A DNA stretch of 62,810 bases, counting the filler, from Welwitschia mirabilis (lineage: Eukaryota), in assembly GCA_051453625.1 (NCBI GenBank). It is 6 parts of one record of this genome, joined end to end, with 100 filler letters (N's around TTAATTAATTAA, not from the genome) between each part and the next. Parts side by side here need not be neighbours in the genome. Positions count along the whole stretch, not along the records: positions 24,308 to 29,844 come from JBOZIK010000001.1; positions 29,945 to 39,415 come from JBOZIK010000001.1; 4 more parts are not named here. The stretch is one strand, 5' to 3'. Shown here one piece after another: positions 25,491-37,200 of the stretch; within the stretch, counting starts at the first letter, position 1; every line of letters starts with the position of its first letter. The position numbers and the translations under genes were made by a program. The notes below the pieces were generated by a model. The model was not told where the DNA came from. It did no database searches and saw only the letters and a list, made by a program, of their open reading frames with translations.

Positions 25491-26397
25491 TTCTATGATA
25501 TTATCATTTCACTAGTAAATCGTTATGTTTATGCTAAACGTTAAAATTAGATGTTACATTTTCGTATTAGAGCGTTAGATTGTGAAGTTAGATTTAACGT
25601 GATAAAAATTTATGCAAATGATATTTACTTGATTATACATACTAAAAAATTGGTAGGATTAATAGATGACTTCAAGAATAATAATACCATCACCCATATA
25701 TGTGAGATCTTTAGTAACTACTATGAATCATTTGGTAGATGGATTCTAGGATAGGAAATATGACAGAAATGATGAAGATGCATGATGTAGTTTAGGCAGA
25801 TAAATCCCCCAACTTTTTAAGGATCTCATAATGCAGCTGAAGCAGAAGCTTGAATAATTTCCATAAATAGGGAATTAAAGCTATTTAATTTTGCATCAAA
25901 GCAAAAGGCCATCCTATCTATGTACCAACTCAGGAAGAATACATATTTATTATGGGACACGAGGAAGGCACAATTCACTTTTCCTAACTATTTTTCTTGG
26001 GAGGACTTTGAAGAATAGTTCTAAGTTAGATACATATTAGAATACTACAAAAATGCCAACAAAGAAGAATCTTACAATCTGAGGCAAGGATCGATGTTAG
26101 TTACCCCCTATGAAAACAAGTTTATGCAATTATTGAGATATGTACTAGAGACAACTAGCACTAAGACGGTGAAGATATGAAGATGGGTGGCTGGTATACA
26201 TCTTATGATTGATAGACAGGTTAAGCTATTTCAACCAAGGATGTTTGCAGAGGCCTTAAATAAGGTGAGACTTGCTGAGAAATCTTGAGGTTAAAATTGG
26301 ATGTTAAGCTATTAAATAATGATAACTCTTTCTACAGTATTGTCATGTCACTGGTAAATCATTATGTTTATGCTAGACATTAAAAGTGGATGTTACA
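25491..26397 (+). mobile_element. Tekay/Del-like Ty3/gypsy remnant: LTR end + PBS + degenerate gag + second LTR-end copy
   Basis: ...GATGTTACA followed by TTTTCGTATTAGAGC (decayed tRNA-iMet PBS) at ~25550-25573. gag motifs NPPTF/KGSHNAAEAEA*II and NLRQGSMLVTPYENKFMQLLRY. About 68 bp at 25491-25558 is repeated at 26329-26397. Confidence 0.65.
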
Positions 26398-28179
26398 GTG
26401 TCTTCCAAGGAATTTGAAGAGGGTTATTGGGTTTTAGGAGATGAAGGGTAGTAATTAAATAATGAAGGATATGGAAAATAAGATGAAAGGTAAGGATCAA
26501 AAGATCATGAATATGAATACGATGTTGAAGGATGAGGATCATGAGGGGTGAAGGAAGGCATGGAATCAAACTCCTATAATTAGCATAAGGATCTTTTGAA
26601 AGGATCTACAAATTCAAGAGGATGGGTGAATAGTTTTTAACAAAAATTTTCTTTAAAAATTATACAAGCACATATAACAATAATTTCAAAGAAACATGGA
26701 AATGACTAGATGTAGGAATTTAATGAATGATATTGAAAGAAAATAACAAAAATGAAAAATGGAAAATGTACACCATGTTGGATTATGAATTATTGACTGA
26801 TGTCAAATTAATGTTTTATATGTAGCGAAATTTGTTGTATCTTATGCAAAAAATATTGAATACTTGCAGGTCAGAAGCTGAAGCAATGTATGCCACATTT
26901 TGATTTTGAAAATTGTCAACCTTTGTTACGCTCTTAAGGAGTCAACGAGATCTTTAAGGGATTGACCTCACTTATAAAAAACTCTTAAAAATGAACTAAA
27001 TTCAGAGGGGTCAACTGAATTTTTGAGGAATCAACCAAACCAGTGAACCTGAGAACAGTACTCCTGAACTGATCGATAAGGGGTTGACTGAACCTATGAG
27101 GGGTCAACTGGACCTAAGAACTATGCATTTAATTCTCCTAAATCAATTGTTAAGGGGTTAACTAAACACCTGAGGGATTGACTGGACCTGAGAAATAACA
27201 TTAATACTTTACACTCAATTAGCAAGGGGTCAACTAGATTTCTAAGGATTCGACTAGATCTGATGCAGAAAAACTGAGATGGACTTTATGAGGATTAAGT
27301 GGGTGACTAGATAGGTACACTGGCAATCAGATGAGCGGTCAACTAGACCCTGAGGGGTCAATCAAACATGGAGCCATAAGAAACTAGAGCAATTAAAAAT
27401 TTCACTCGGTTGACCTGTTTAAGTGAAAGCACCAGGAGGGGTCGACCAGATGTGTGAGAAGTCAATTAGCCAAAATGCAAACACAAATTTTATATCTATT
27501 ATTTAGCTGCTTTATGATCATTGGAAGTGCGTTTTCACTTGTAATAACCCTAAAAGCCTTCCATTATAAATACTCAAGAGTAAAATCACTGTAAAAACCT
27601 TTTGCCGAACTATTGAATCTTGTGGATTAATCATTATACGCTTTTAGCATTTGCATTCCTGACCAAAGATAAGCCAACATCCACTGTGTCTTTGCATACA
27701 AGATCAGATTTTTAGCAACATATTATTCCTAGAGTGTATCATCTTTAAGAGAAGTCCTTCATTATTTCCATTGAGCCAAAGAATGAGTGGTACCAGTTCA
27801 CTTGAGGATTTTATCATCACTACCATGATTTCTTGTAAAAGGTTGAGACTGAGCCTTCAGAAAAAGTTCATTTGAAAAAAGGTTGAGACTAAGCCTTCAG
27901 AAAAAATCCATGTGTAAAGGTTAACAGAGATCCAGCTTAGGCTTGATGATAAGCTGAGAGTCGAGAGTAGAGTAGGGGGTTTTCCCGAATTACTATAAAT
28001 CTTGCTTGTATATGATTGATATTTTTGTGCTTTCTATTATTTTCATTTTTTAAAATGCTTTCCGTTTTTATGCACAAGTTTTTTAGTGATCCCTTTTTCA
28101 AGAAAAGTATTTTATTTGAAGATTATTCATCAATTTTTTAAAATCCTATTTACCCCCTAAGGGTTCTTAATCCTATAAT

Positions 28180-28191
28180 TGGTATCAGAGC
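28180..28191 (+). promoter_or_regulatory. Primer-binding site complementary to the tRNA-iMet 3' end
   Basis: Exact TGGTATCAGAGC 2 nt downstream of the 5' LTR end. Confidence 0.95.
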
Positions 28192-29382
28192 TAAGTTGAA
28201 TCCGTATTAAGATTTTAATTAATCTAGACTCTAGAACCCAAAATGAATAATTCCACTATTGACTTTTAAACTATGCCTATTTTAGCTAAAACTAATGCCA
28301 ATGGTAATATATTTTTAGTTCCAATATCCTGAGTCAAATGGACTGCCACCAAGAGATCCAATACTATCTCAGAAATCTGTTCTCTTATTGGTATATTTTA
28401 GGTAGTTCATGCATATGTCTTCAAGTACATTGTAAACTATGAACATGCAAAAGAGACATGAGATAATAACAACAATTTAGATCAAGAATATGATGGAGAC
28501 ATAAGACTATCTTTCATGGAGATTATGCCTTCACTATAGAAATTGCCTAGTACATTATAGCTTGATGATTTGGATGTGATTGATGAAGAATAGGATGAAC
28601 TAGAAGATACTTGTCAAGATCTGTACTTTAAATGTAAAAGTTGGCAAAGAGGATAAATGATCTGAATAAGATTGTAAATTCTCTCATCAAAGAAAAGGAG
28701 GACATAGAATCAAAGTACATAAAGATAAAATCTGAAAATTCTGATCTCACTTTATAGGTAAAAGATTTACCTTTTTTTGTTAATAAATTTCCTAGTGGTT
28801 CTTTTAAATTAGAATAGATTCTTAGAGTTTAGAAACCTGATGATGATAAGTCAAATATGGACTTCATCTCCCAACAACTACAAAGTCAGAAAAATCACGT
28901 AACTTGGTAAAGTAAGTTTATTTCTAAAGTTACTTTTCATTTCTATGGTAAGACAGAACATTCAAAATGTTTTTGCACTGCTAGAAAGTTAATGTTATTT
29001 TCAAATTCAGTTAGTTATTTTCCTTTTAAGTTTATTTCAAAAGGAGGTGTACCACATTAGTCTAGAAAGACTAAGTGGATGAAAGCTAATGATTTAAAAA
29101 GTCTCTTAATTTAGACAACTTTTAAGATTTTAAATAGTAGTAGCTGGCATTTAGACAGTGGATGCTTAAGATAAATGATGGGAGACAAATCCAGATTCAA
29201 GCAATTAAGTGACTTTGATAGAGGAAAAGTGACTTTTGATAATAATGGAAGAGTAAAAATAGAAGGTATCGGAAGAATTAAAGGAGGTAATTTACCTAGA
29301 ATTAATGAAGTTCTATATGTAAATGGTTTAAAGCACAATTTATTGAGTTTTATTCAAATATGTGATAAAGGTCATAAGGTAA

Positions 29383-31207
29383 TATCATGTCCCAAATTTC
29401 ATTCAATCAAAACTTAAAATTAAATATTTTAAGGCTAATAATTTATGGTAAATCTTGTATGTTTTCTTTTATTTCTGATAGTTTCATAAATATTATTTTA
29501 TGCCTTGTCTTATGCATTTAATTGCTCATTTTGAAAATGTCAATGAGTTGTGGATTTAAATTTGAAATTGTTATGACTAAAAGATGCTTAATGTGTAGAG
29601 TTATTATTTTATTTATTATCATGCTATCATGTTATGGAAAGTTTTAATCACCGCTAACATTATTTGTTAATTATGTAATATTAATTGTTATTTATTATTT
29701 TCCTGGTGATCCCTACCATATAACCACCCTCATTCATGATGTTTTGTCTTTACATGCATAGAATCTTCACCAACTTTCGCCACCTCAATTGATCCCATTT
29801 ATGATATTTTATTTTTACATGCATGAAATCTTTACCAACTATCANNNNNNNNNNNNNNNNNNNNNNNNNNNNNNNNNNNNNNNNNNNNTTAATTAATTAA
29901 NNNNNNNNNNNNNNNNNNNNNNNNNNNNNNNNNNNNNNNNNNNNGTTTAATAAAAATATGAATTTATGTCCATTTATTAAATTTGGATAATGTAGTATAG
30001 CTTCTTTCTAAATAAATGATAGGTTATAAAATCGTAACGGTGGCCTTTCTTTCTACCGTTTGTTCTTTTACCATTACATCAAGAAGACACCCGTTAAATA
30101 AAAGAAATGACTCATTTAAAATTTAGCTTCATCGTATTATAATGATTTTTAGTAATGCATGATTGATTTTCTTGCAAGCCTGCATGTGTCCTTTTTCTCC
30201 CTTCCATGTGGTCAAATTTCTCCCTAACCTCCATATTTCTCTTAGTCACTTTTTTGGCCTATGTGCTTTCTCTGTAAAATATTAGATGTGGTTACCTTCT
30301 GTAATGTGATCTTGTTTGTACATTATCTTCCTCTCTTTTATTCCTTCTCATCTTAATGTTTTTCTTTCTCTTGTGCATCAGCCGGTTGTTCCTCCTCAAG
30401 AAACATATTCTTCTCCTTATCGGAATCAACAACCGTCTTTTTGTTTGAAAAAAGTTTAAAGGTCTCCAAACATAAATTTTAAATAGTATTTTAATAAAAA
30501 TGGCTTAATCCATACTCTTTAGGATAAAACCTAGGTGTTTCGAGTAAGAAATGCAGTCCATTTTATCATTTTTCAACATTTCTGTTACTATTTTGAATTT
30601 TTTTTTTTTAAAATCTAAAAAAGGCTTGAATGTAACTTTTGAAACATCTTTTCATGTATCTTAGCTTAATCCGTGCCATTTAAGGTAAAAATGGGGTGTT
30701 TTTAATGAAAATAAACTCTATTTTATCATTTTAAAACATTTTAAGTTGCTATTGCCATTTGATGAATGAATAACATAAAACAGACTACATAAATTAAGTA
30801 ATTTTATTTACTGATTAAATTAAATTGCCTCTTATACAATTTTATTAGAATAATATTAAGTCTTTAGCTTTAGCTTTGATTATATAGAGAGATTTTATAA
30901 TTTGGATACTAGAGCGAGTTCGAATTTTTCAACTATCAGATTTAAGGCATTGAGGATTTTCAGTCATAGAACTTTTGGGTTATTATATTTGGTATTAGAG
31001 CATTGAGTTTGAAAAATTTTCAACTGTAGAAGTTTGGGTTTTCACAGTTGGTATCAGAGCTAGTTTGAATGGACTGTTACATTTAGTATTAGAGCGATAA
31101 AGTTTATGGAGGCTTTTCAACTATAGAACTTTTGGGGTGTTTCATTTTGGTATTAGAGGATAAAGTTTATGGAGATTTTTCAATGCTATAATTTTTTGGT
31201 TATTACA
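29383..31207 (+). mobile_element. Solo-LTR-like insertion (Tekay-like termini) inside the Sirevirus protease region
   Basis: Interrupts KGHKV|VFD coding (uninterrupted KGYKVVFDK in the second copy at ~33130). Termini TATCATGTCCC...TTATTACA; flanks GGTAA (29378-29382) and GGTAG (31208-31212). Contains a scaffold join. Confidence 0.75.
30890..31207 (+). repeat. Tandem array of ~60-bp units, each LTR-end-like sequence + tRNA-iMet PBS
   Basis: PBS variants at 30903, 30990, 31049 (exact TGGTATCAGAGC), 31084 and 31148. Most are preceded by TTTTCAACTRTAGAA..TTTGGGGTGTTACA-like sequence. Confidence 0.85.
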
Positions 31208-34200
31208 GGTAGTTTTTGATAANNNNNNNNNNNNNNNNNNNNNNNNNNNNNNNNNNNNNNNNNNNNNNNNNNNNNNNNNNNNNNNNNNNNNNNNNNNNNN
31301 NNNNNNNNNNNNNNNNNNNNNNNNNNNNNNNNNNNNNNNNNNNNNNNNNNNNNNNNNNNNNNNNNNNNNNNNNNNNNNNNNNNNNNNNNNNNNNNNNNNN
31401 NNNNNNNNNNNNNNNNNNNNNNNNNNNNNNNNNNNNNNNNNNNNNNNNNNNNNNNNNNNNNNNNNNNNNNNNNNNNNNNNNNNNNNNNNNNNNNNNNNNN
31501 NNNNNNNNNNNNNNNNNNNNNNNNNNNNNNNNNNNNNNNNNNNNNNNNNNNNNNNNNNNNNNNNNNNNNNNNNNNNNNNNNNNNNNNNNNNNNNNNNNNN
31601 NNNNNNNNNNNNNNNNNNNNNNNNNNNNNNNNNNNNNNNNNNNNNNNNNNNNNNNNNNNNNNNNNNNNNNNNNNNNNNNNNNNNNNNNNNNNNNNNNNNN
31701 NNNNNNNNNNNNAATAGACAATGTTTATAGCATAGATCAATCATTTTCTATCTTACTTAAGAAGAGCTGTGGCAAAACAATTACATCATGTTAACTATAA
31801 CCAACTAAAAATGATTATTTATAAAAACATTATGAAAGGTATTCCTAAAAATTTAGAAAAACATGGTTTATGTGATGCATGCCAAAAGGGAAAACAAATA
31901 AGAACTTTGCATAAGAGTAAAAACCAAGTTTTCAAAACTATGCCATTAGAACTCATTCATATGGACTTGGTAGATCCTTCTCAAACTCAGAGTTTAGGGG
32001 GTAAATGTTATTTTATTACTATACTTGATGATTTCTCTAGATATACATGGGTTGCATTTCTTTCAAGCAAATTTGAAACTTACAAATATTGGATAAACAT
32101 ATGCAACAAGATTCAAAATAAGAAAGGATATACCATAAAGAAAATAAAGAGTAATCATGGTGGTAAATTTGAAAATCATTCTTTTGAGAAATACTGCATT
32201 AACAATGGAATTGATCATCACTTTTTAGCTCCTAAGACNNNNNNNNNNNNNNNNNNNNNNNNNNNNNNNNNNNNNNNNNNNNNNNNNNNNNNNNNNNNNN
32301 NNNNNNNNNNNNNNNNNNNNNNNNNNNNNNNNNNNNNNTGACTTAGATGTGATCGATGAAGAACAGAATGAGCTTAAAGATACCTATCAAGAACTATACT
32401 AAGAATGTGAAAAGATAACTAAAAGGATAAATGATCTTAACAAGATTGTAAAATCTCTTATCAAGGAGAAGGAAGAAATGGAATCAAGTTTTCAAAGGAT
32501 CAAATCTAAAAACTCTAACTTCATCCTACAAGTAAAAGAGTTATCTCATTTTGTTAATAAATATTTTGGTGATTTAGAATAAATTCTTGGAGTTTAGAAA
32601 CCTATTGTTAATAAGTTAGGTATTGGGTTCATCTCATAGAAACATCAAAAGTAGCAAAATCAAGTAACATGAGAAAGTAAGTTCTTCTCAAAACTTACTT
32701 ATCATTTCTATGGAAAAATTTATCATTCAAAACTTTTATGCAATGATAGAAAATTAATGTTGTTCTCAAACTCAGTTAGTACCTTTCTTTTTAAATTTAT
32801 TTTAAAAGTAGGTGTACCATATAAGTATAAAAAAACTATGTGGGTAAAAGCTAATGACTTAAAGCCTTTTAATTTAGATAGCTTTCAAGGTTTTAAATAA
32901 CACTAGCTAGTATCTGAATAGTCGACATTTAAGGCATATGATAAGAGATAAATCCAGCTTCAAGTAAATAAGTAACTTTGATGAAAAATAGATGACTTTT
33001 GATGACAATAGGAGAGCCAAAATAGAAGGCATTAGAAGCATTGGTGGAGATAACCTTCCTAGAATTAATGAAGTTTTGTATGTAAATAATTTAAAGCATA
33101 ATTTATTAAGCATTAGTCAAATTTATAACAAAGGATACAAGGTAGTATTTGATAAATCAAAATGTAAAATCTTTCATTGAAAATTTAATGATGTAATTCT
33201 TAGATCACGTAGAATATACAACATATATAGCATATATGAATTGTTTTCTCCATGTTATTTTTAAAATGTTCCTCAAGAAGAGATTTGCTATAAATAATTA
33301 GATCATGTTAATTATGACCAGTTGAAAATAATTATTCCTAAAAATAATTTGAAAGATATTGTTAAGATAAATGTAGAAAAACAAGGCTTATGTGATGTGT
33401 GTCAAAAGGGAAAACAAATAAGGACTTCCCATAAAAGTAAAAACTAGACTTCCACATCTATGCCATTATAGCTTATCCATATGGATTTGGTAGGTTCTGC
33501 TCAAACTCTAAGTCTATGTGGAAAATGTTATTTTCTCACTATGGTTGACAACTTCTCTAGATTTACTTAGATAGCCTTCTTGTCAAATAAGTCTAACGCT
33601 TATAAACATTGAGTTGAGATATGCAAAAAGATTTAAAACGAAAAAGGATATACCATAAATAAAATCAGAAGTGATCATGGTGGTGAATTTGAAAATAATT
33701 TTTTTTAGAAATATTGCATTGATAATGTAATTAATCATTAATTTTCAGCCCCAAAGACATCACAACAAAATGGTATAGCTAAAAGAAAGAACAGAGTCCT
33801 CCAAGAAATGACATGGACTATGTTAAATGATAAGGAGGTTCCAAAATAGTTTTGGGCTGAGGTTGTTAGCATAGCATGTTATATTATTAATAAAGTTTAT
33901 CTTAGACCCAGGATGGATAAAATGCTATATGAGTTGTGTAAAGAAAAACAACCTAATGTTTCATATTTTAAGGTTTTCATAAGTAAATGTTATATGCTAA
34001 AAGATAGAGAACACCTAAGAAAGTTTGAATCTAAAGCCGATGAAGCTATATTTTTGAGCTACTTAACTAGAAGTAGAGCATATCAAGTTTTCAACAAGAG
34101 TATTTTAATAGTAGAAGAGTCAATTAATGTGCAAATTGATGAGATTGACATAAGGCCAAATTGTTTAGATGATGAGAAAGACATATCCACAAGTATTCCC

Positions 34201-37200
34201 ACAACTAATATAATGATTATTAAAAATAATGAAGCTCTTGCAAAAGAAGTCACAACTAAAAAGTTTAAAGAGTAAAAAGATCACCCGTTAGAATGAGAAG
34301 CTGGTTTGAAAATAAAGGCAAGGAATTCTATAAAGAATTTGTATGATCACATTTATTATGTTTCGAAAATAGAGCTCAAGAAATTTGGAGAAGGTGAAAA
34401 TCATGAGGAATGGATAATGACAATGCAAGATGAATTACAATAGTTCAAGAAAAATGATGTTTGAAAACTTGTAGAGAGGCCAAAAAATAAAAAACGTCAT
34501 TGTGACTAAGTGGATTTTTAGAAATAAATGTAATGAAGAAAATAATATCATTAAAAATAAGGCAAGATTAATATCGCAAGGCTATAACTAAATAGAAGAC
34601 ATTGATGTAGGTGATACTTTTGCTCCTATTGCAAAACTTGATAGTATTAGAATGCTTTTGTCTCTGGTAGCCTTTAAAAATTTCAAAGTGTATGAAATAG
34701 AAGTTAAGAGTGCTTTTTAAATGGTACCTCAAGTGAAGAAGTATATGTAGAGCAACCACAAGGTTTTATTGATCCTCGTAAAACTAATCATGTTTATAGG
34801 CTTAAGAAAGCTTTGCATGAATTGAAGCAAGATCTAAGAGCTTAGTATAATAAGCTAGCCAATTTTTTAAATGATAATGAATATATTAATAGAATAGTAG
34901 GTAAAACCTTATTTGTAAAGAACTTAAGAGAGGATTTTATTATTATAAAAATCTATGTAGATGATATCATATTTGGTTCCTCAAATAAAGGGTTGTAAAA
35001 AGAATTTACAATCATTATAACAAAACATTTTGAAATAAGCATGCTTGGTGAAGTGAAAACATTTCTTGGATTATAGATTAAGCAAATAAAGGATAGAATA
35101 TTTATTTCTTAACCAAAATATGTAAAAGATTTAATCAAATGTTTTGGATTAGAAAATGCAAAAATAATTGATACTCTTATGTCAACATCTTTTAAAGTGA
35201 ATTTGTATGAGAATGGAAAATCTGTAGATCAAAGACTTTATAGGAGTATGATTGGAAGTTTATTATATGCGACTGCAAGTAGACCAAACATTATGTTTAG
35301 TGTTGGAGTGTGTGCAAGATATCAATCCAACCTAAAATAATCATACTTATAAACAGTAAAAAGAATAATCAGGTATGTAAAGGGTACATGTGATTATGGT
35401 TTGTGATATCCTATAAAAACATCCTTTAAGCTTGTAGGTTTTAGTTATGTGGATTGGGCTAGATGTAAGGACGATAGAAAGAGTACAAGTGGAAATTATT
35501 TTCTTTTAGGTTTGTGCTTAGTAAGATGTATAAGTAAGAAACAAAATTCAATATCCCTTTTAATAGTAGAAGCTTAATATATTGCAGCAACTAGGAGTTG
35601 TGCTCATCTATTATGAATGAAAGAAATGCTAAAGGATTTCAATGTAAATTTTGAATAAGTTCCTATATTTTTTGATAGCACCAGTGCAATAAACATTTCT
35701 AAAAATCTTGTTTAGCACTCAAGAACCAAACATATTGAGCTAAGGCATCACTTTTTAAGAGATCAAGTAGAACAAGGAAACATTACTATATACTTTGTTA
35801 GTGCAGATCAATAACTTGCAGATACTTTTATCAAACCCCTAAATTTTAATACTTTTCTTCATCTTTGAAATGAACTGGGGGTTATTTCACCATCCTCTAG
35901 CTGATTATAGTATAGTCAAATCTATGAATTGGTCAATTGAATATGGTTGGTCGACTGGAATGAAAGCCCGATTGCCCAGACACTATTAGTTCTATAGAAT
36001 ACTTCAGAGGAACCTGGAAGCTCACACCAGAAGGTAGCCAAAGAAGAAAAAGAAGAAGAATCTATTTAGATCTTTTTTCTATGCTTATGTTTTTATTTCT
36101 TGCTTGTCTGTATTTCTCTTCTTTGTCATTAATATCAAAAGGGGGAGAATTAGTTGTATTACTTATGTTCTTTCAGTTGTATTTACTCTTGATAAGAACC
36201 TTTAATTTGTACTCCTCATCTTAATGTAATAGAAATGCACTTGTTTTTCATTATTTCTATCCAAAATGTGTCATGTATTTTTATTGTTTATAAATCAAAT
36301 TTTGGTTTATCTCAAGGTTATTAAATAATGCATGGTCAAAATGTTGTTTCTCATAAATATTCTGGCGTTTTCTTCTCTCTCCACAATTGCACCTTAAATT
36401 GTTTGAATAATAGCACAAATTAAAACTTTTCAAAATGTCTATATCAATGTAAAAGATTTAATATTATTGCAGAGATTTATAGGCATTTTATAAGGGAAAG
36501 TTTTCTCAAATTCCATATTTTTTCAACTAAGGGAATGTTTGTCATCAATGTTAAAGGGGGAGATTGTTAGATTGTAAATTGCCAATTAATGTTAAACTAA
36601 TGTTTTTTATGTAGTGAAATTTGTTTTATGTTGTATAGAAAATATTAAATACTTTCAAGTTAGAAGCTAAAGTAATGTATGCCATATTTTAATCTTGAAA
36701 CTTATCAAGTTTTGTTACCCTTCTAAGGGGTCGAATGAACTTTTAAGAAGTTAACCACACCTAGAGTGAACTCTCAAAAATAAACTAAATTCAGAGGAGT
36801 CGATCGAACTTCTGAAGAGTCAACCAAACCTGTGAATCTAAGAGAAGTACTCCTGAACTATTTGACAAGGGGTTGACCAGACTTATGTAGGGTCGATCGG
36901 ACCTAAGCACTGTGTACCTGATCCTCTTGAACCAATAATTAAAGGGTGGATCAAACACCTAAGAAGGTCAATCAGACCTGAGAACTGAGCATCAATACTT
37001 CACATCTAATCAGCAAGAGGTAAACTGGATTTCTAAGGGGTCAACTAAACCCGATGCTAAAAACTAAGATGGACTTTATTAGGATCAAGCAGGTGACTAA
37101 ATAGATATGCAAGGGATTAGATAAGTGGTTAACCAGGCCCTGAGGAGTCAACGAAACATGGATTCATAAGAAACTGGAATGACTAAAAAGTTTACTAGAG

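Larger units (their letters stand above)
29140..35900 (+). pseudogene. Degenerate copia pol (protease, integrase, RT, RNase H), with the protease/integrase N-half present twice
   Basis: WHLDSGC (29146), VLYVNGLKHNLLS, CDACQKGKQ, PLELIHMDL, DDFSRYTWV, SDHGGEFEN, QQNGIA, IYVDDIIFG (~34950), YRSMIGSLLY, DRKSTSG, HSRTKHIELRHHFLRD, LADTFIKPL (~35815). Many in-frame stops. Confidence 0.92.

Noticed and set aside
30890..31207. CRISPR-like repeat-spacer appearance
   Set aside because: Plant nuclear context, no cas genes, the 'spacers' resemble one another, and the repeat is a retrotransposon PBS.
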